Under the pieces are notes generated by a model, which made no database searches, was not told the origin of the DNA, and was given only the letters and a program-made list of their open reading frames with translations. Source: Nannocystales bacterium (lineage in GTDB: Bacteria > Myxococcota_A > Polyangia > Nannocystales > Nannocystaceae). Taken from it: 64,000 nucleotides of DNA. The stretch's first letter is position 1. The number at the start of each line of letters is the position of its first letter. Below, in pieces: positions 21,505 through 30,629 of the stretch. Position numbers and translations under genes: made by a program. The stretch lies in NCBI GenBank assembly GCA_050633305.1, contig JBOEGF010000007.1, forward strand, positions 192,001 to 256,000, read 5' to 3'.

Positions 21505-21978
21505 CTACGACTTCGGGATGTAACCCGCCGGCTCGTGCCCGGACGGAGCCTCGGAACCGACAACTTCCTTGATCTGGCAGGCCACACCTGCCGCTTGGAA
21601 GACATCCGCGAGGTCTTCGATTTGGGGTCTGATTCCTTCGACGAGAGGAGCGCCTCGCGCGGGGCGTTTCGCCGTCCTCAGCGCCGACAACCGATCGAAG
21701 CCAAGGTGCGCTCGCAAGACGGCGACCGTCGGCTTCAATGGCCGGGGAGGCTCCGTCAACGACAGCCCCCACCACCCGGATCCCTTCATGATCGCGGTCA
21801 CGAACACCTCGGGGGTGCTGTCGCCGTCGGCTTCCCACGCGCCGCCACACGAGGCGCACCGAAACGACTCACTGTACGTGATGACGCCCGAGTCGAATCG
21901 CGCATAGGCATCAACGCGGCCCACGCCGAGACACTTCGAACATCGCAACTCCCAAGCATGTCTCGCGGTTCTGGTCAT
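21505..21978 (-). CDS. Hypothetical protein with two CxxC motifs
   Basis: AGGA RBS; CSKC and CASC. Confidence 0.55.
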   Translation of the reverse strand: MTRTARHAWELRCSKCLGVGRVDAYARFDSGVITYSESFRCASCGGAWEADGDSTPEVFVTAIMKGSGWWGLSLTEPPRPLKPTVAVLRAHLGFDRLSALRTAKRPARGAPLVEGIRPQIEDLADVFQAAGVACQIKEVVGSEAPSGHEPAGYIPKS

Positions 21979-21998
21979 CGTTTCCTACGGCGCCTCGC

Positions 21999-22313
21999 TC
22001 ATCGAGGGGGAGGGGGGCTCAAGGCACAGGAGCACTTCTCCGCCCAAACCTCGGTTTCCCCGCAGATGTCCGTGTACGCGCCCCGCACCACAGTAACCTC
22101 AACGCCTCCTTTGTCCAGAATCGTCGCTGTGATTCCGGCGTCTCCAACTTGGATGAACCATGTTCGGTCGTCCAACCACTCGAGATGAAGGAAGTCCTCG
22201 ATCGCCAGCTCATCGAATAAACCGGTTCCGGAGTCTTCCACCGTCGTTCCGTCTGCGGTCTTCTCCTGCGCCCTCCATGGTCTTGCCGCGGTCGAAACGA
22301 AGTTCTCGGTCAT
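21999..22313 (-). CDS. Hypothetical acidic small protein
   Basis: MTENFVS... FDELAIEDFLHLEWLDDRTWFIQVGD; protein-like composition, co-oriented with neighbours. Confidence 0.55.
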   Translation of the reverse strand: MTENFVSTAARPWRAQEKTADGTTVEDSGTGLFDELAIEDFLHLEWLDDRTWFIQVGDAGITATILDKGGVEVTVVRGAYTDICGETEVWAEKCSCALSPPPPR

Positions 22314-22407
22314 GGCCGATTCGATCGTCTCGCGGCCGAGTGCTGACACTCGTCGACATCCGCCCTGGACTCGCGACGGCCCCACGGTTGACGGCACCCC
22401 GCCGGGT

Positions 22408-22845
22408 TCAGTCGCGAGGCGCCACGACGCGCTGGTGAATCGTGCGGAGCGTCCAGTACATCAGCAGTCCCGCTGGACCCAGCATGAACGTGGTCACCAG
22501 GCAGGGAATGACGAGCAAGTGATGAATCTTCAGTCGCTGCGCATCCCGCAGCTGCCAAGCGCCAACCACCAGGTCGAAGGCCAAGTAGTGAATCCATCCG
22601 GCGAGCAGGGCACGCTCGTCGCTAAAAAGGAGCCCGACTGCGTGCAGCGTGCCGAACCCAGCGCCTTCAGGGGCTGTCCCGGTGCTGGTCAGCACCAAGA
22701 CCGTGTAGACCACAGCGATCAGCAGAGGCAGAACGACCGGCGCGACCCAGCGAGTCCCGAGCTGCCAACGGGGGGCGAGGATCAGGAGGCCCCAGCCGAT
22801 CATCGCGACTACGCCGCATACGGAGAAAATCTGTTCGTTGTCCAT
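22408..22845 (-). CDS. ABA4-like (DUF4281) membrane protein
   Basis: GW.LLI.APRW, F.TL..V..LF, AGWIHYLAFDL.VG.W, MLGPAGLL.Y. Confidence 0.88.
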   Translation of the reverse strand: MDNEQIFSVCGVVAMIGWGLLILAPRWQLGTRWVAPVVLPLLIAVVYTVLVLTSTGTAPEGAGFGTLHAVGLLFSDERALLAGWIHYLAFDLVVGAWQLRDAQRLKIHHLLVIPCLVTTFMLGPAGLLMYWTLRTIHQRVVAPRD

Positions 22846-22858
22846 GGCCTTCTACGTT

Positions 22859-22881
22859 CAATCTTTCCGGTGGAAAGATTG
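22859..22881. promoter_or_regulatory. Palindromic operator, probably bound by the adjacent TetR
   Basis: CAATCTTTCC-GGT-GGAAAGATTG perfect 10-bp inverted repeat; TTGACA on - strand at 22910-22905. Confidence 0.7.
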
Positions 22882-22974
22882 GGTATGATGGCTACGCTCG
22901 GCGTTGTCAAGGTCGCTTGCCAGGTTCACACCGTGGAGTATCGTCGTCGGTCCCCGGACGTGAGGACGGTGCCG

Positions 22975-23628
22975 ATGGGCAAGACGACCAAAGAACCCGC
23001 GGGCAGTGCCTACCACCACGGAGACCTCAAGCGCGCGCTGCTCCGTGCAGCGGACGAACTCCTCGCCGAAGAGGGGATGCACGGGGTGACGCTACGAGCA
23101 TGTGCGCGTCGTGCAGGCGTCTCGCACACGGCGCCCAAGCATCATTTTGGCGACCTCTGCGGCTTGTTGACGGCGGTGTCCCAGCTCGGGTTCGAGCGTC
23201 TCCTCGAGGCGCTGCGCGATGCGATGGGGCCGGTGATGGGCGAGCTCGACGAAGAGATGTTCGCGGTCACGAGGGCATACGTCGGATTCGCACAGGCGCA
23301 CCGGGAGCACTTCCGGCTTATGTTCCGCGCCGATCTGCTCGAGGGGTCCACGGACGAGCTTCCGGCTTCAATTCTCGCGACCTTCGTCGAGCTGACCAAC
23401 GTCATCTTGCGACAGCGGGGCGAGCCGAACTTGGAATGCGCGGCAGACATGGCAACTCCTTCCAGCGAGCTGGTGGACGACATTCTGATGGGGTGGTGCA
23501 ACATCCACGGCTACGCTCATCTGCGGATCGCAGGTCAGCTGATGATGGTCTCGGAGGACGAGGAAGAGGCCCACCTGCGTCGCCTGAGCCGACGCGTGGC
23601 GCGAGCGATTCAATCCCCGGCCTGTTAG
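22975..23628 (+). CDS. TetR/AcrR regulator with WHG-type C-terminal domain
   Basis: YHHGDLKRALL, TLRACARRAGVSHTAPKHHF, FRLMF, WCNIHG. Confidence 0.9.
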   Translation: MGKTTKEPAGSAYHHGDLKRALLRAADELLAEEGMHGVTLRACARRAGVSHTAPKHHFGDLCGLLTAVSQLGFERLLEALRDAMGPVMGELDEEMFAVTRAYVGFAQAHREHFRLMFRADLLEGSTDELPASILATFVELTNVILRQRGEPNLECAADMATPSSELVDDILMGWCNIHGYAHLRIAGQLMMVSEDEEEAHLRRLSRRVARAIQSPAC

Positions 23629-23728
23629 ATCGCGACACCATCCGATCTCCCGCGAGATGGCTGAGGGGCATGGACAGATTCGGGGGCGGTGGTACTCACC
23701 ATACGCAAGCGTATGGAGACGCGCACCG

Positions 23729-24331
23729 ATGCGACTGACGACCGAAGAACACGCAAGCCACGCCTGGCGACTGCCCGAAGTCGCGCCCGATTTCACGCTC
23801 CTGGATGCGTGGAAGCTTCCCGCAAGCGGGGGAGAGGACGAGTTCGACGGCCTGCTCGCGCTGTGGTCGGCGCTGGACCCCACCCAAGAGTCGTCGGGCT
23901 TTTCGCGAGTGTTGTTCAGGGTGCGCGATCGCCTTGGCCAGTGGTTCGGTTGGGATGAGGAGACCAATACCCTGCCCATCCCGGGGTGCCGAGAATCGTC
24001 GCTACGGGAGCGTCTTCCCGCCGATCTACCCGCGCTTCCGATTCCGAACCCGGCGAAGAGTCCGTTCGTGCCGGTGTTCCGCGCGGAGCGGGAGTGGGCG
24101 GGCGAGCTGTCGAACTCGACCGTGCACGCGGTGCTGCAGCTTGGATGGGTTCGGCGGGACGACGGGCGATTCGACGGTCGGCTGGGGGTCTACGTGAAGG
24201 CTCGCGGATGGTTCGGCCGGGCGTACATGGCGGCGATCGCCCCGTTCCGGCACTACATCGTGTACCCGGCCTTGATGCGACAGGTCGGGCGGCTGTGGCA
24301 GGCTCGCAGTCAGCATCCGCGGGGGTCGTAG
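23729..24331 (+). CDS. DUF2867-like protein
   Basis: GGAG RBS; DF.LLDAW.LP, SNSTVHAVL.LGW, GRAYMAAIAPFRHYIVYPAL. Confidence 0.75.
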   Translation: MRLTTEEHASHAWRLPEVAPDFTLLDAWKLPASGGEDEFDGLLALWSALDPTQESSGFSRVLFRVRDRLGQWFGWDEETNTLPIPGCRESSLRERLPADLPALPIPNPAKSPFVPVFRAEREWAGELSNSTVHAVLQLGWVRRDDGRFDGRLGVYVKARGWFGRAYMAAIAPFRHYIVYPALMRQVGRLWQARSQHPRGS

Positions 24332-24442
24332 CGGCAAAACACAGGGCGACGCGGAGATGGTTCGTCGGGATGAGTTCGATGTACCGACGCTTGGCCACGG
24401 CGCCACACGCGACGCCACTACGCGTGGCACTGTGCGCGCGTC

Positions 24443-25546
24443 ATGACGCTCGCCTCCAACGCCCAAGTGACGCCCGTCTCACGACCGGTTGTGGTCGAGC
24501 ACGCCAGGACTCCGGAGACCGCGCCCGGGGTCACGAAGAACGACCTTCCCATCTTGCAGGCTCGTCTCGCACGGGGGGACAGGGCTGGGGTGTACGTGGA
24601 TCTGTACAACCTCACCGGCGACGACATTTGGTTGATGCATGCTCAGATCACCTCGTACTCCGGCTTGTTCGGCGGCGCGGCGCTCAGCGCAAACTTCCTG
24701 GCGAAGCTCGCGAACCCTCGCAAGTACAACGTCGCCCTCGATGTGTTCTCGCGCGAGATCCTCGAGTCGATGCTGCGCGTGGTCAAACGCGACGTCGAGT
24801 CGGGCGGGACCGGGCGTCCGTCGGTCGACACGCTTCGCACCGATGGGGACCGAGGGGTCTGGAAGAGCAAGGGGATGGGGGACCACTTCCCAGGGAACAT
24901 CCTGTTCATGGAGGTGCACGAGCACGGTCTGTCCGGTCTCGGCACGTTCTTGTCGAAAGGGACATTGCACGGGCTCGAAGCCGGGCTGGACGGTGCCAAG
25001 AACGGGAAACGCCCCAGCGAGTTTCGGACGGGCCCGTACCGCACTCACGAGAGCCGCGACCGACGGTTCATCACGGTGACCGACAACCGGACGCAGAAGA
25101 TGGAGGTCTTCTTCGACAAGGAGGCGTCCGGTGGGCTCGGCGTCGTGGGGCAGATCGATGACGAGCCTCTATCGCGCGAGGAGTATCGCTGGCACGAGCG
25201 CACCGCGCTGTGGGAGTTCCTCCAGGCCAACCAGGACTCGGAGCAGACGATGGACCGACGGGTCTTGTTCGAAGGAGGGAAGGGGTCGTTGCCCAACCCC
25301 AACATCCCAGGATTGTTCGAGGACCAGGAGATCCTCGACCGCATGATGTTCCGGAGTCCCACGGACGGAAACTGGTACAACGAAGACCTCAACGGGCGTG
25401 TTCGAGATGGTCGGTTGCTCGGTTTCCTCGAGGCACGACGCGAGGAGGCCCTGGATTTTCGGCGAAAACGAGGTCTGTCCCTCGAACCGCAGATCCCCGG
25501 GCGCTACACCAGCGCCAAGCTGTGGCCGGCGCGGCAGACTCGTTGA
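24443..25546 (+). CDS. Hypothetical protein (367 aa)
   Basis: Long ORF with typical GC3 bias; no family assigned with confidence. Confidence 0.75.
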   Translation: MTLASNAQVTPVSRPVVVEHARTPETAPGVTKNDLPILQARLARGDRAGVYVDLYNLTGDDIWLMHAQITSYSGLFGGAALSANFLAKLANPRKYNVALDVFSREILESMLRVVKRDVESGGTGRPSVDTLRTDGDRGVWKSKGMGDHFPGNILFMEVHEHGLSGLGTFLSKGTLHGLEAGLDGAKNGKRPSEFRTGPYRTHESRDRRFITVTDNRTQKMEVFFDKEASGGLGVVGQIDDEPLSREEYRWHERTALWEFLQANQDSEQTMDRRVLFEGGKGSLPNPNIPGLFEDQEILDRMMFRSPTDGNWYNEDLNGRVRDGRLLGFLEARREEALDFRRKRGLSLEPQIPGRYTSAKLWPARQTR

Positions 25547-25568
25547 TCCTGGCGCGGACCGGCGCTCC

Positions 25569-26723
25569 TTACTGGAACGTGCCGCTGCCGAAGTCGGCTC
25601 CGACCGGAACACACCACACGCTCACACCCCCGAGGTCGTCGAGCGTGAAGCCTTCAGGGAGCGTCAGCGTCAGGACTTCGCTGTTGTAGGGAAGGTCCCG
25701 GACGAGGTTCTCGCTCATGCTGAAGCCGTCGTCATACATCCCCTCGAAGCCGCCGTAGATCTGAGCGTCGATGCCCTGGCCGTCGAAGTTGAAGTCCCGG
25801 ATCTCGATGGTGCAGTTGTCGATGATCTCGGCGGTGCCACCGACGTCGTGGAAGAACATCTGCAGCTCGGCGGTCTGGCCGACCTTGGGGTGGGTGGCGG
25901 CACAGCCCGAAGGGTCGACGGGATCCACGGGATCGTCGGGGTCCATCGGGTCGTCGGGGTCGGTCGGGTCGTCGGGGTCGGTCGGGTCGTCGGGCTCCAC
26001 TGGGTCGGGGTCGACCTGGTTGGGGTCGTAGTCCCGGGAGAGGTACGCAACGATGTCGAGGAGTTCGTCCTCGCTCAGACGATCGGCGGCCCAGAACGGC
26101 ATGACGCCCCCCGTGAGTCCCTCGTAGATCTGGCTGCCGGGGAGGCCACTGGTACGAACGCGGCGGGCGACATACGCGGGGTCCAGCACCCCGGAGGCGA
26201 CCGAGATGGCTTGCTGGCTGCCAACGCCGTCTTGCCCGTGGCACTCGGCACAGCTGGCGTTGAACATCGCCCGCCCTGCGTCGGGGTCTCCGCCGGAGGG
26301 GGCTGTTGGAGGTGCTGCGATCTCGAAGGTTATCTCGTCTTCGGCGCCGCTGCCGGACTCCACAAAGGCCCGCAACGAAATCATCCGTGGGTCATCCGCG
26401 TCCCAGGGGTCGGCGGTCATCCACTCCGACAGGCAGGAGTTCGCGGCATCTTCAAAAGAATCGAGTTGCCCGTTCTTGAAGGTGTCTCGACTCGTGGCGC
26501 CGCCGAGTGGATGCCCGACCCGCCGCAGGCCCTCGGCATCGTCCATGGCGTGACACGTGGCGCACGTGAAGGTGTTTCCGCCCTCGACGGTCTGCTCGTA
26601 GAGCGCTTGACCTTCCGCGACCAACTCGGGGTCCGGGGCCGGCGCGCCCTCGCTGTCGTCACAACCGGTCAACAGGAGGGTGGCCATGGGGGCCGCGAGG
26701 ATCAGGGTCTTCAAATCCAGCAT
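25569..26723 (-). CDS. Lipoprotein: diheme c-type cytochrome (TsdA-like) plus DM13 domain
   Basis: Lipobox LTGC; CATCH and CAECH; PDDP repeat linker; DM13 HDVGG.A..FNFDG.G..VSVWC..GADFG. Confidence 0.85.
   Translation of the reverse strand: MLDLKTLILAAPMATLLLTGCDDSEGAPAPDPELVAEGQALYEQTVEGGNTFTCATCHAMDDAEGLRRVGHPLGGATSRDTFKNGQLDSFEDAANSCLSEWMTADPWDADDPRMISLRAFVESGSGAEDEITFEIAAPPTAPSGGDPDAGRAMFNASCAECHGQDGVGSQQAISVASGVLDPAYVARRVRTSGLPGSQIYEGLTGGVMPFWAADRLSEDELLDIVAYLSRDYDPNQVDPDPVEPDDPTDPDDPTDPDDPMDPDDPVDPVDPSGCAATHPKVGQTAELQMFFHDVGGTAEIIDNCTIEIRDFNFDGQGIDAQIYGGFEGMYDDGFSMSENLVRDLPYNSEVLTLTLPEGFTLDDLGGVSVWCVPVGADFGSGTFQ
25912..26012 (-). repeat. Coding tandem repeat (PDDPTD/PDDPMD linker)
   Basis: About 18-bp units such as gggtcgtcggggtcggtc, repeated. 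Confidence 0.8.
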
Positions 26724-26819
26724 CTGACTTGCTCTGCGCGACCCAACCCGGGCGCGAAGGGGCATACGCCCGCCTCGCCCGACGGTTACACAGTTGGGGT
26801 ACTCTCGGCGCGAATCGCG

Positions 26820-27680
26820 ATGACTCAGGTCGATCAGTTCGAGAGCGTGTTCAGAGCGGCCGCCAAACCCGTTTTCCATCCGTCCGCGGTGGAGCTGGAG
26901 CGGGTCCTGGTGGTCACAGATCTTCCTCCATCGGAGGCCAACGACTACGGCGGCGGGGTGGAGACGTTCCTGCGCCATGCGGCGAGCGCAGATGCGGCGA
27001 GCTACGACACCATCGCGGGGGTCGAAGCGCGGAGTACGGGCCAGCTGCTTCAGCTGGTCGAGGATGCAGCGCCCAGCTTGGTGTGCGCCTATCGCAACCT
27101 GTTCAGCGATGGCTGGCGGTGGCCGCACAGTCTTGGGGAAGCGTTGGACCTCCTGACGCAGACCACCGAGGCGCCCGTGCTCGTGTTGCCGCACCCCCAA
27201 GAGGGCAGTCAGGCGGAGCACGCGCTGCAAAACATCAACCAGGTCATGGCCGTGACCGACCACCTCGCTGGAGACGACCGCCTGGTGAACTGGGCGGCTG
27301 CGATGACGCAGGATGGCGGAACACTGACGTTGAGCCACATCGAAGACCAGAGCGTCTTCGACCGGTACATCAGCGTCATCGGGAAAATCTCGTCGATCGA
27401 CACCGACTCTGCGCGGGCTTCGATCGAGAAGCAGCTGCTCAAGGAGCCGGCCGACTACATCAACTCGGTTCGCGAAACCCTGAAGAAGGCGGGCACGCCC
27501 ATTACGGTGGAATCCGAGATTCGGCTCGGCAATCACCTCTCCGACTATCGGAGCTTGGTGGCCGAGCACGAGGTCGACATGCTCGTGCTCAACACCCGCG
27601 ATGACGAACAACTCGCCATGCATGGGCTCGCCTATCCCATCGCCGTCGAGATTCGAGACATTCCACTGCTGATGCTGTGA
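26820..27680 (+). CDS. Tandem universal stress protein (USP)-like protein
   Basis: Two units: VLVVTD...APVLVLP and VMAVTD...VDMLVL...IPLLML. Confidence 0.7.
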   Translation: MTQVDQFESVFRAAAKPVFHPSAVELERVLVVTDLPPSEANDYGGGVETFLRHAASADAASYDTIAGVEARSTGQLLQLVEDAAPSLVCAYRNLFSDGWRWPHSLGEALDLLTQTTEAPVLVLPHPQEGSQAEHALQNINQVMAVTDHLAGDDRLVNWAAAMTQDGGTLTLSHIEDQSVFDRYISVIGKISSIDTDSARASIEKQLLKEPADYINSVRETLKKAGTPITVESEIRLGNHLSDYRSLVAEHEVDMLVLNTRDDEQLAMHGLAYPIAVEIRDIPLLML

Positions 27681-29086
27681 ACGCCATGCCGACGACGCTC
27701 CTACTCGCGCTCTCCGAGGGGCACCACGACGTGCCCATGTCCGTCACGCTCCTCTTCACCGGCATTCTCGTCGCCCTCATCGTCTCGCTCGCGCTCGAAG
27801 AGAAGATTCACGCCAAGAAGTCCCTGATCGTCGGGGTGTTCGCGATCATCGTGCTGTTCCTGGGCATGGTGTTCGAGATCGTGCCCGGATCGGTCCCCGT
27901 CAACGTGGGCGGGGAGACCTTGACCCTGCCCATCTACATCCCGAGCATCGATTGGTCGGTCATCGCGATCATCCTCGGTTCGAGTTTGTTCGTGGATGTG
28001 ACCTCCAAGTCGGGCCTGTTCACGTGGATCGCGATCAAGCTGACCAAGGCTTCGGCGGGTGACCCACGCAAACTGCTGTGGTTCTACGGCCTGATGACCG
28101 TGGTGTTCTCTGCGGTGCTCAACAACGTCACCGCGATGATCATCGTGGGGTCGCTGACCGGCGTGTCGCTGCGCAAGCTCGGCCGGGCGGAGATGATGCT
28201 CGGCTTCCTCTTGGTCGAGGGATTGCTGACCAACATCGGTGGTCTGCTGACGCTGATCAGCTCGGTCCCCAACATCATCGTGGGTACCGCCGCAGGGATC
28301 AGCTTCGTGTCGTTCTTCATCGCGGCCGCGCCGTTCGTCGTCGTCGCCACCGGGCTGACGATCTGGATGGGGGCGAAGCTGTTCAAGATCGAGTCGCTGG
28401 CCACCGAGGAGGAGCGCAAAGACGCTCTCGAGCAGGTCTCAGCCTTCGACGAGAACGACGGCATCGAGAGCAAGGGGTTCTTCACCTTCGCTTCGGTGAT
28501 GCTCGGCGCGTTCATCATCGTGATCGCGACGACCTCGGTATTGCCCTACATCCAGGACCTCGGCATGGGCTACGTGGCGATGACCTTCGCCGCGATCATG
28601 TTGATTCGCTACAAGTCCAGCGTCGATACCTACTACAGGGCCGTCGATTGGGACTTGCTGGGCTTCTTCGCCGCGTTGTTCGTCGTGATCGGTGTGCTCG
28701 AGCACGCGCAGGTCTTGGCGCTGATCGGGCAGGGGCTCGAGGTCATCATCGGGTGGGGAGATGTCGCCGGCACCGGGGCAATCCTGGTCGCGTCCGCGCT
28801 GGCGAGTTCGGTCACCGACAACATCCCCTTGGCTGCGATGCTCGCGAAGATCCTGTCGTCGCTCGGGACGCCGTCCGATTCGCCCCTGTGGTGGTCGGTG
28901 GTCTTCGGCGCCAACCTCGGTGGCAACATCACGCCGATCGGCTCGGCGTCCACGCTGGTCGCAGTGACGATCATGCACAAGAACGAACTGAAGGTCTCGT
29001 TCGGAGGGTTTGTGGCCAAGGCCGTGCCCTACGCCGCCATCCAGCTCGTCATCGCAGTCGCCTACGTGTTGCTGTTCTTGGGCTGA
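27677..29086 (+). CDS. ArsB/NhaD/SLC13 (IT superfamily) permease
   Basis: SAVLNNVT, NIGG.LT.I..VPNII, DW..L.FF..LF, SSVTDNIP, GANLGGNITPIGS; GTGA overlap. Confidence 0.88.
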   Translation: MNAMPTTLLLALSEGHHDVPMSVTLLFTGILVALIVSLALEEKIHAKKSLIVGVFAIIVLFLGMVFEIVPGSVPVNVGGETLTLPIYIPSIDWSVIAIILGSSLFVDVTSKSGLFTWIAIKLTKASAGDPRKLLWFYGLMTVVFSAVLNNVTAMIIVGSLTGVSLRKLGRAEMMLGFLLVEGLLTNIGGLLTLISSVPNIIVGTAAGISFVSFFIAAAPFVVVATGLTIWMGAKLFKIESLATEEERKDALEQVSAFDENDGIESKGFFTFASVMLGAFIIVIATTSVLPYIQDLGMGYVAMTFAAIMLIRYKSSVDTYYRAVDWDLLGFFAALFVVIGVLEHAQVLALIGQGLEVIIGWGDVAGTGAILVASALASSVTDNIPLAAMLAKILSSLGTPSDSPLWWSVVFGANLGGNITPIGSASTLVAVTIMHKNELKVSFGGFVAKAVPYAAIQLVIAVAYVLLFLG

Positions 29087-29442
29087 CCATGACACGCGCG
29101 TCGGTGTTCAGGCCGACGTGCGACATCCGTGTCCCGATCTGCCCCCATGGCGCGTCCGCAACCCTTTGCGTTGCCGGCTTTGCGAGTTTTGGCATCGTCG
29201 CTGCAAAGCAAAGAGGACGAACGCAGACGGATGCGTTCGCGGCGGAGCCGTCTCCCATCCGGGGGCGGTTGGGACACTCGGCATCAGCCCGTGGGGGCGC
29301 GTGCGCTGTGTCGAGGGCTCCGTCGCCGCGCGGGTTTCCGCGCGGAGCGAAACGCGAACTTGGTCGCATTGGGTCTTAGAAACTCGCTCCGCGCGGAGGT
29401 CCCGGGCGTCTTCTTTGTCGGAGACGTCGAGTCGGCCGCGGC

Positions 29443-30435
29443 TCAGTCCGCTTCGAGGTCGACGTACTTCAGCCGGGGGAACCGCTCTTCGAGTTCCCCC
29501 TCCATCCGGTCGACTTCTCGGGCGAGCTCGTCGAGGAGCTGATCCCCGAAGTCGCGAGCGAACTGCTCCCGCTGCTCGGGGGTCTCGAGCGTGGTGTACC
29601 GCTCATCCACGAAGTCCTTCATCCGGGCGCCGAAGACAGCGCCGTCGAAGTCGAGCTGGGCTTGAAGCCTGAAGTTGTCCGCACCGACGATACGCGTCTT
29701 CACGGTGCGGACGCGCATCACGGCGGGGTGCTGCTTGAGGTAGGCGGTGATCTCGGCCTGGAGGTCGGCAGGGATCGCTGGGCCCAGCAGCAGTGTTCGG
29801 TTGCGAACGCCGAGCCACACGGCGACGACGCCGAGCATGATGCCGATGACGATTGCGCCGATCGCATCGAACATCGCGTTGCCCGTCATGTAGGCGAGTC
29901 CGAGACCGGCCGCGGCGACGAGCACACCCAGGCAGGCGACGGCGTCTTCGAGCAGAACGGCGGCCACCGTGGGGTCGGTCGTCGTCCGCAGGTACTGGAT
30001 CAGGGATTTGTCCCCCTTCTTGTCCCAGACCACCCGGGCGGCGGCCATGAGCACATAACCCTCCACCAGGAACGAGATCGCGAGGATGACGAAGGGGATC
30101 CACGACACCTCGAGCGTGGGTGGCTCGATGAGGCCGTGGATGCCGTGATAGATGGTGACACCGCAGCCGAGCACGAAGATGCCGACGGCCGACAGCAGTG
30201 AGTAGAGGTAGCGGTCCGCGCCGTATCCGTAGTGGAACAGCGCGTCAGCGGGCTTCTCGCTCTGGCGAATCCCGAGAAAGAGCAGGGCCTGGTTCGACGT
30301 ATCTGCGAGCGAATGGATCGACTCGGAGAACATCGCCCCCGAGCCGGTGATTGCGAACGCGAAGAACTTGATCACGGTGAGCGATCCGTTGCCCACCAGC
30401 GCTCCAAGGACTGCACCCTTCGACGAGCCGGCCAC
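29443..30435 (-). CDS. Cation diffusion facilitator (ZnT9-like)
   Basis: GSGAMFSE.IHSLAD..NQ, H.YGYG...Y, LLEDAVA, FDAIG; start GTG (AGSSKGAV). Confidence 0.9.
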   Translation of the reverse strand: MAGSSKGAVLGALVGNGSLTVIKFFAFAITGSGAMFSESIHSLADTSNQALLFLGIRQSEKPADALFHYGYGADRYLYSLLSAVGIFVLGCGVTIYHGIHGLIEPPTLEVSWIPFVILAISFLVEGYVLMAAARVVWDKKGDKSLIQYLRTTTDPTVAAVLLEDAVACLGVLVAAAGLGLAYMTGNAMFDAIGAIVIGIMLGVVAVWLGVRNRTLLLGPAIPADLQAEITAYLKQHPAVMRVRTVKTRIVGADNFRLQAQLDFDGAVFGARMKDFVDERYTTLETPEQREQFARDFGDQLLDELAREVDRMEGELEERFPRLKYVDLEAD

Positions 30436-30629
30436 CTGGGATCGGGGATACGCCGGCCGCGGCGCTGGGGTCAAGGGAGGGCGCTTGCAACGCGGAGGGG
30501 GCCGCGTCAAGCGCATGGGCGTCACAGGAGCGTCAGGGCAGCCCACGAGCAAAGCGAAGGTACCCAGATGTGGCCCATGGCACGCGTGTCGTCCCAAGAG
30601 GGTGGTTGATCGGACTCGAATGCGGCAAC

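Noticed and set aside
24425..24440. Sigma54 promoter (TGGCAC..GC) before the orphan gene
   Set aside because: The -12 element lacks TT and lies too close to the start codon
25912..26012. CRISPR-like short repeats (also 30795-30828 and 5930-6030)
   Set aside because: In-frame coding linkers with no unique spacers and no cas genes
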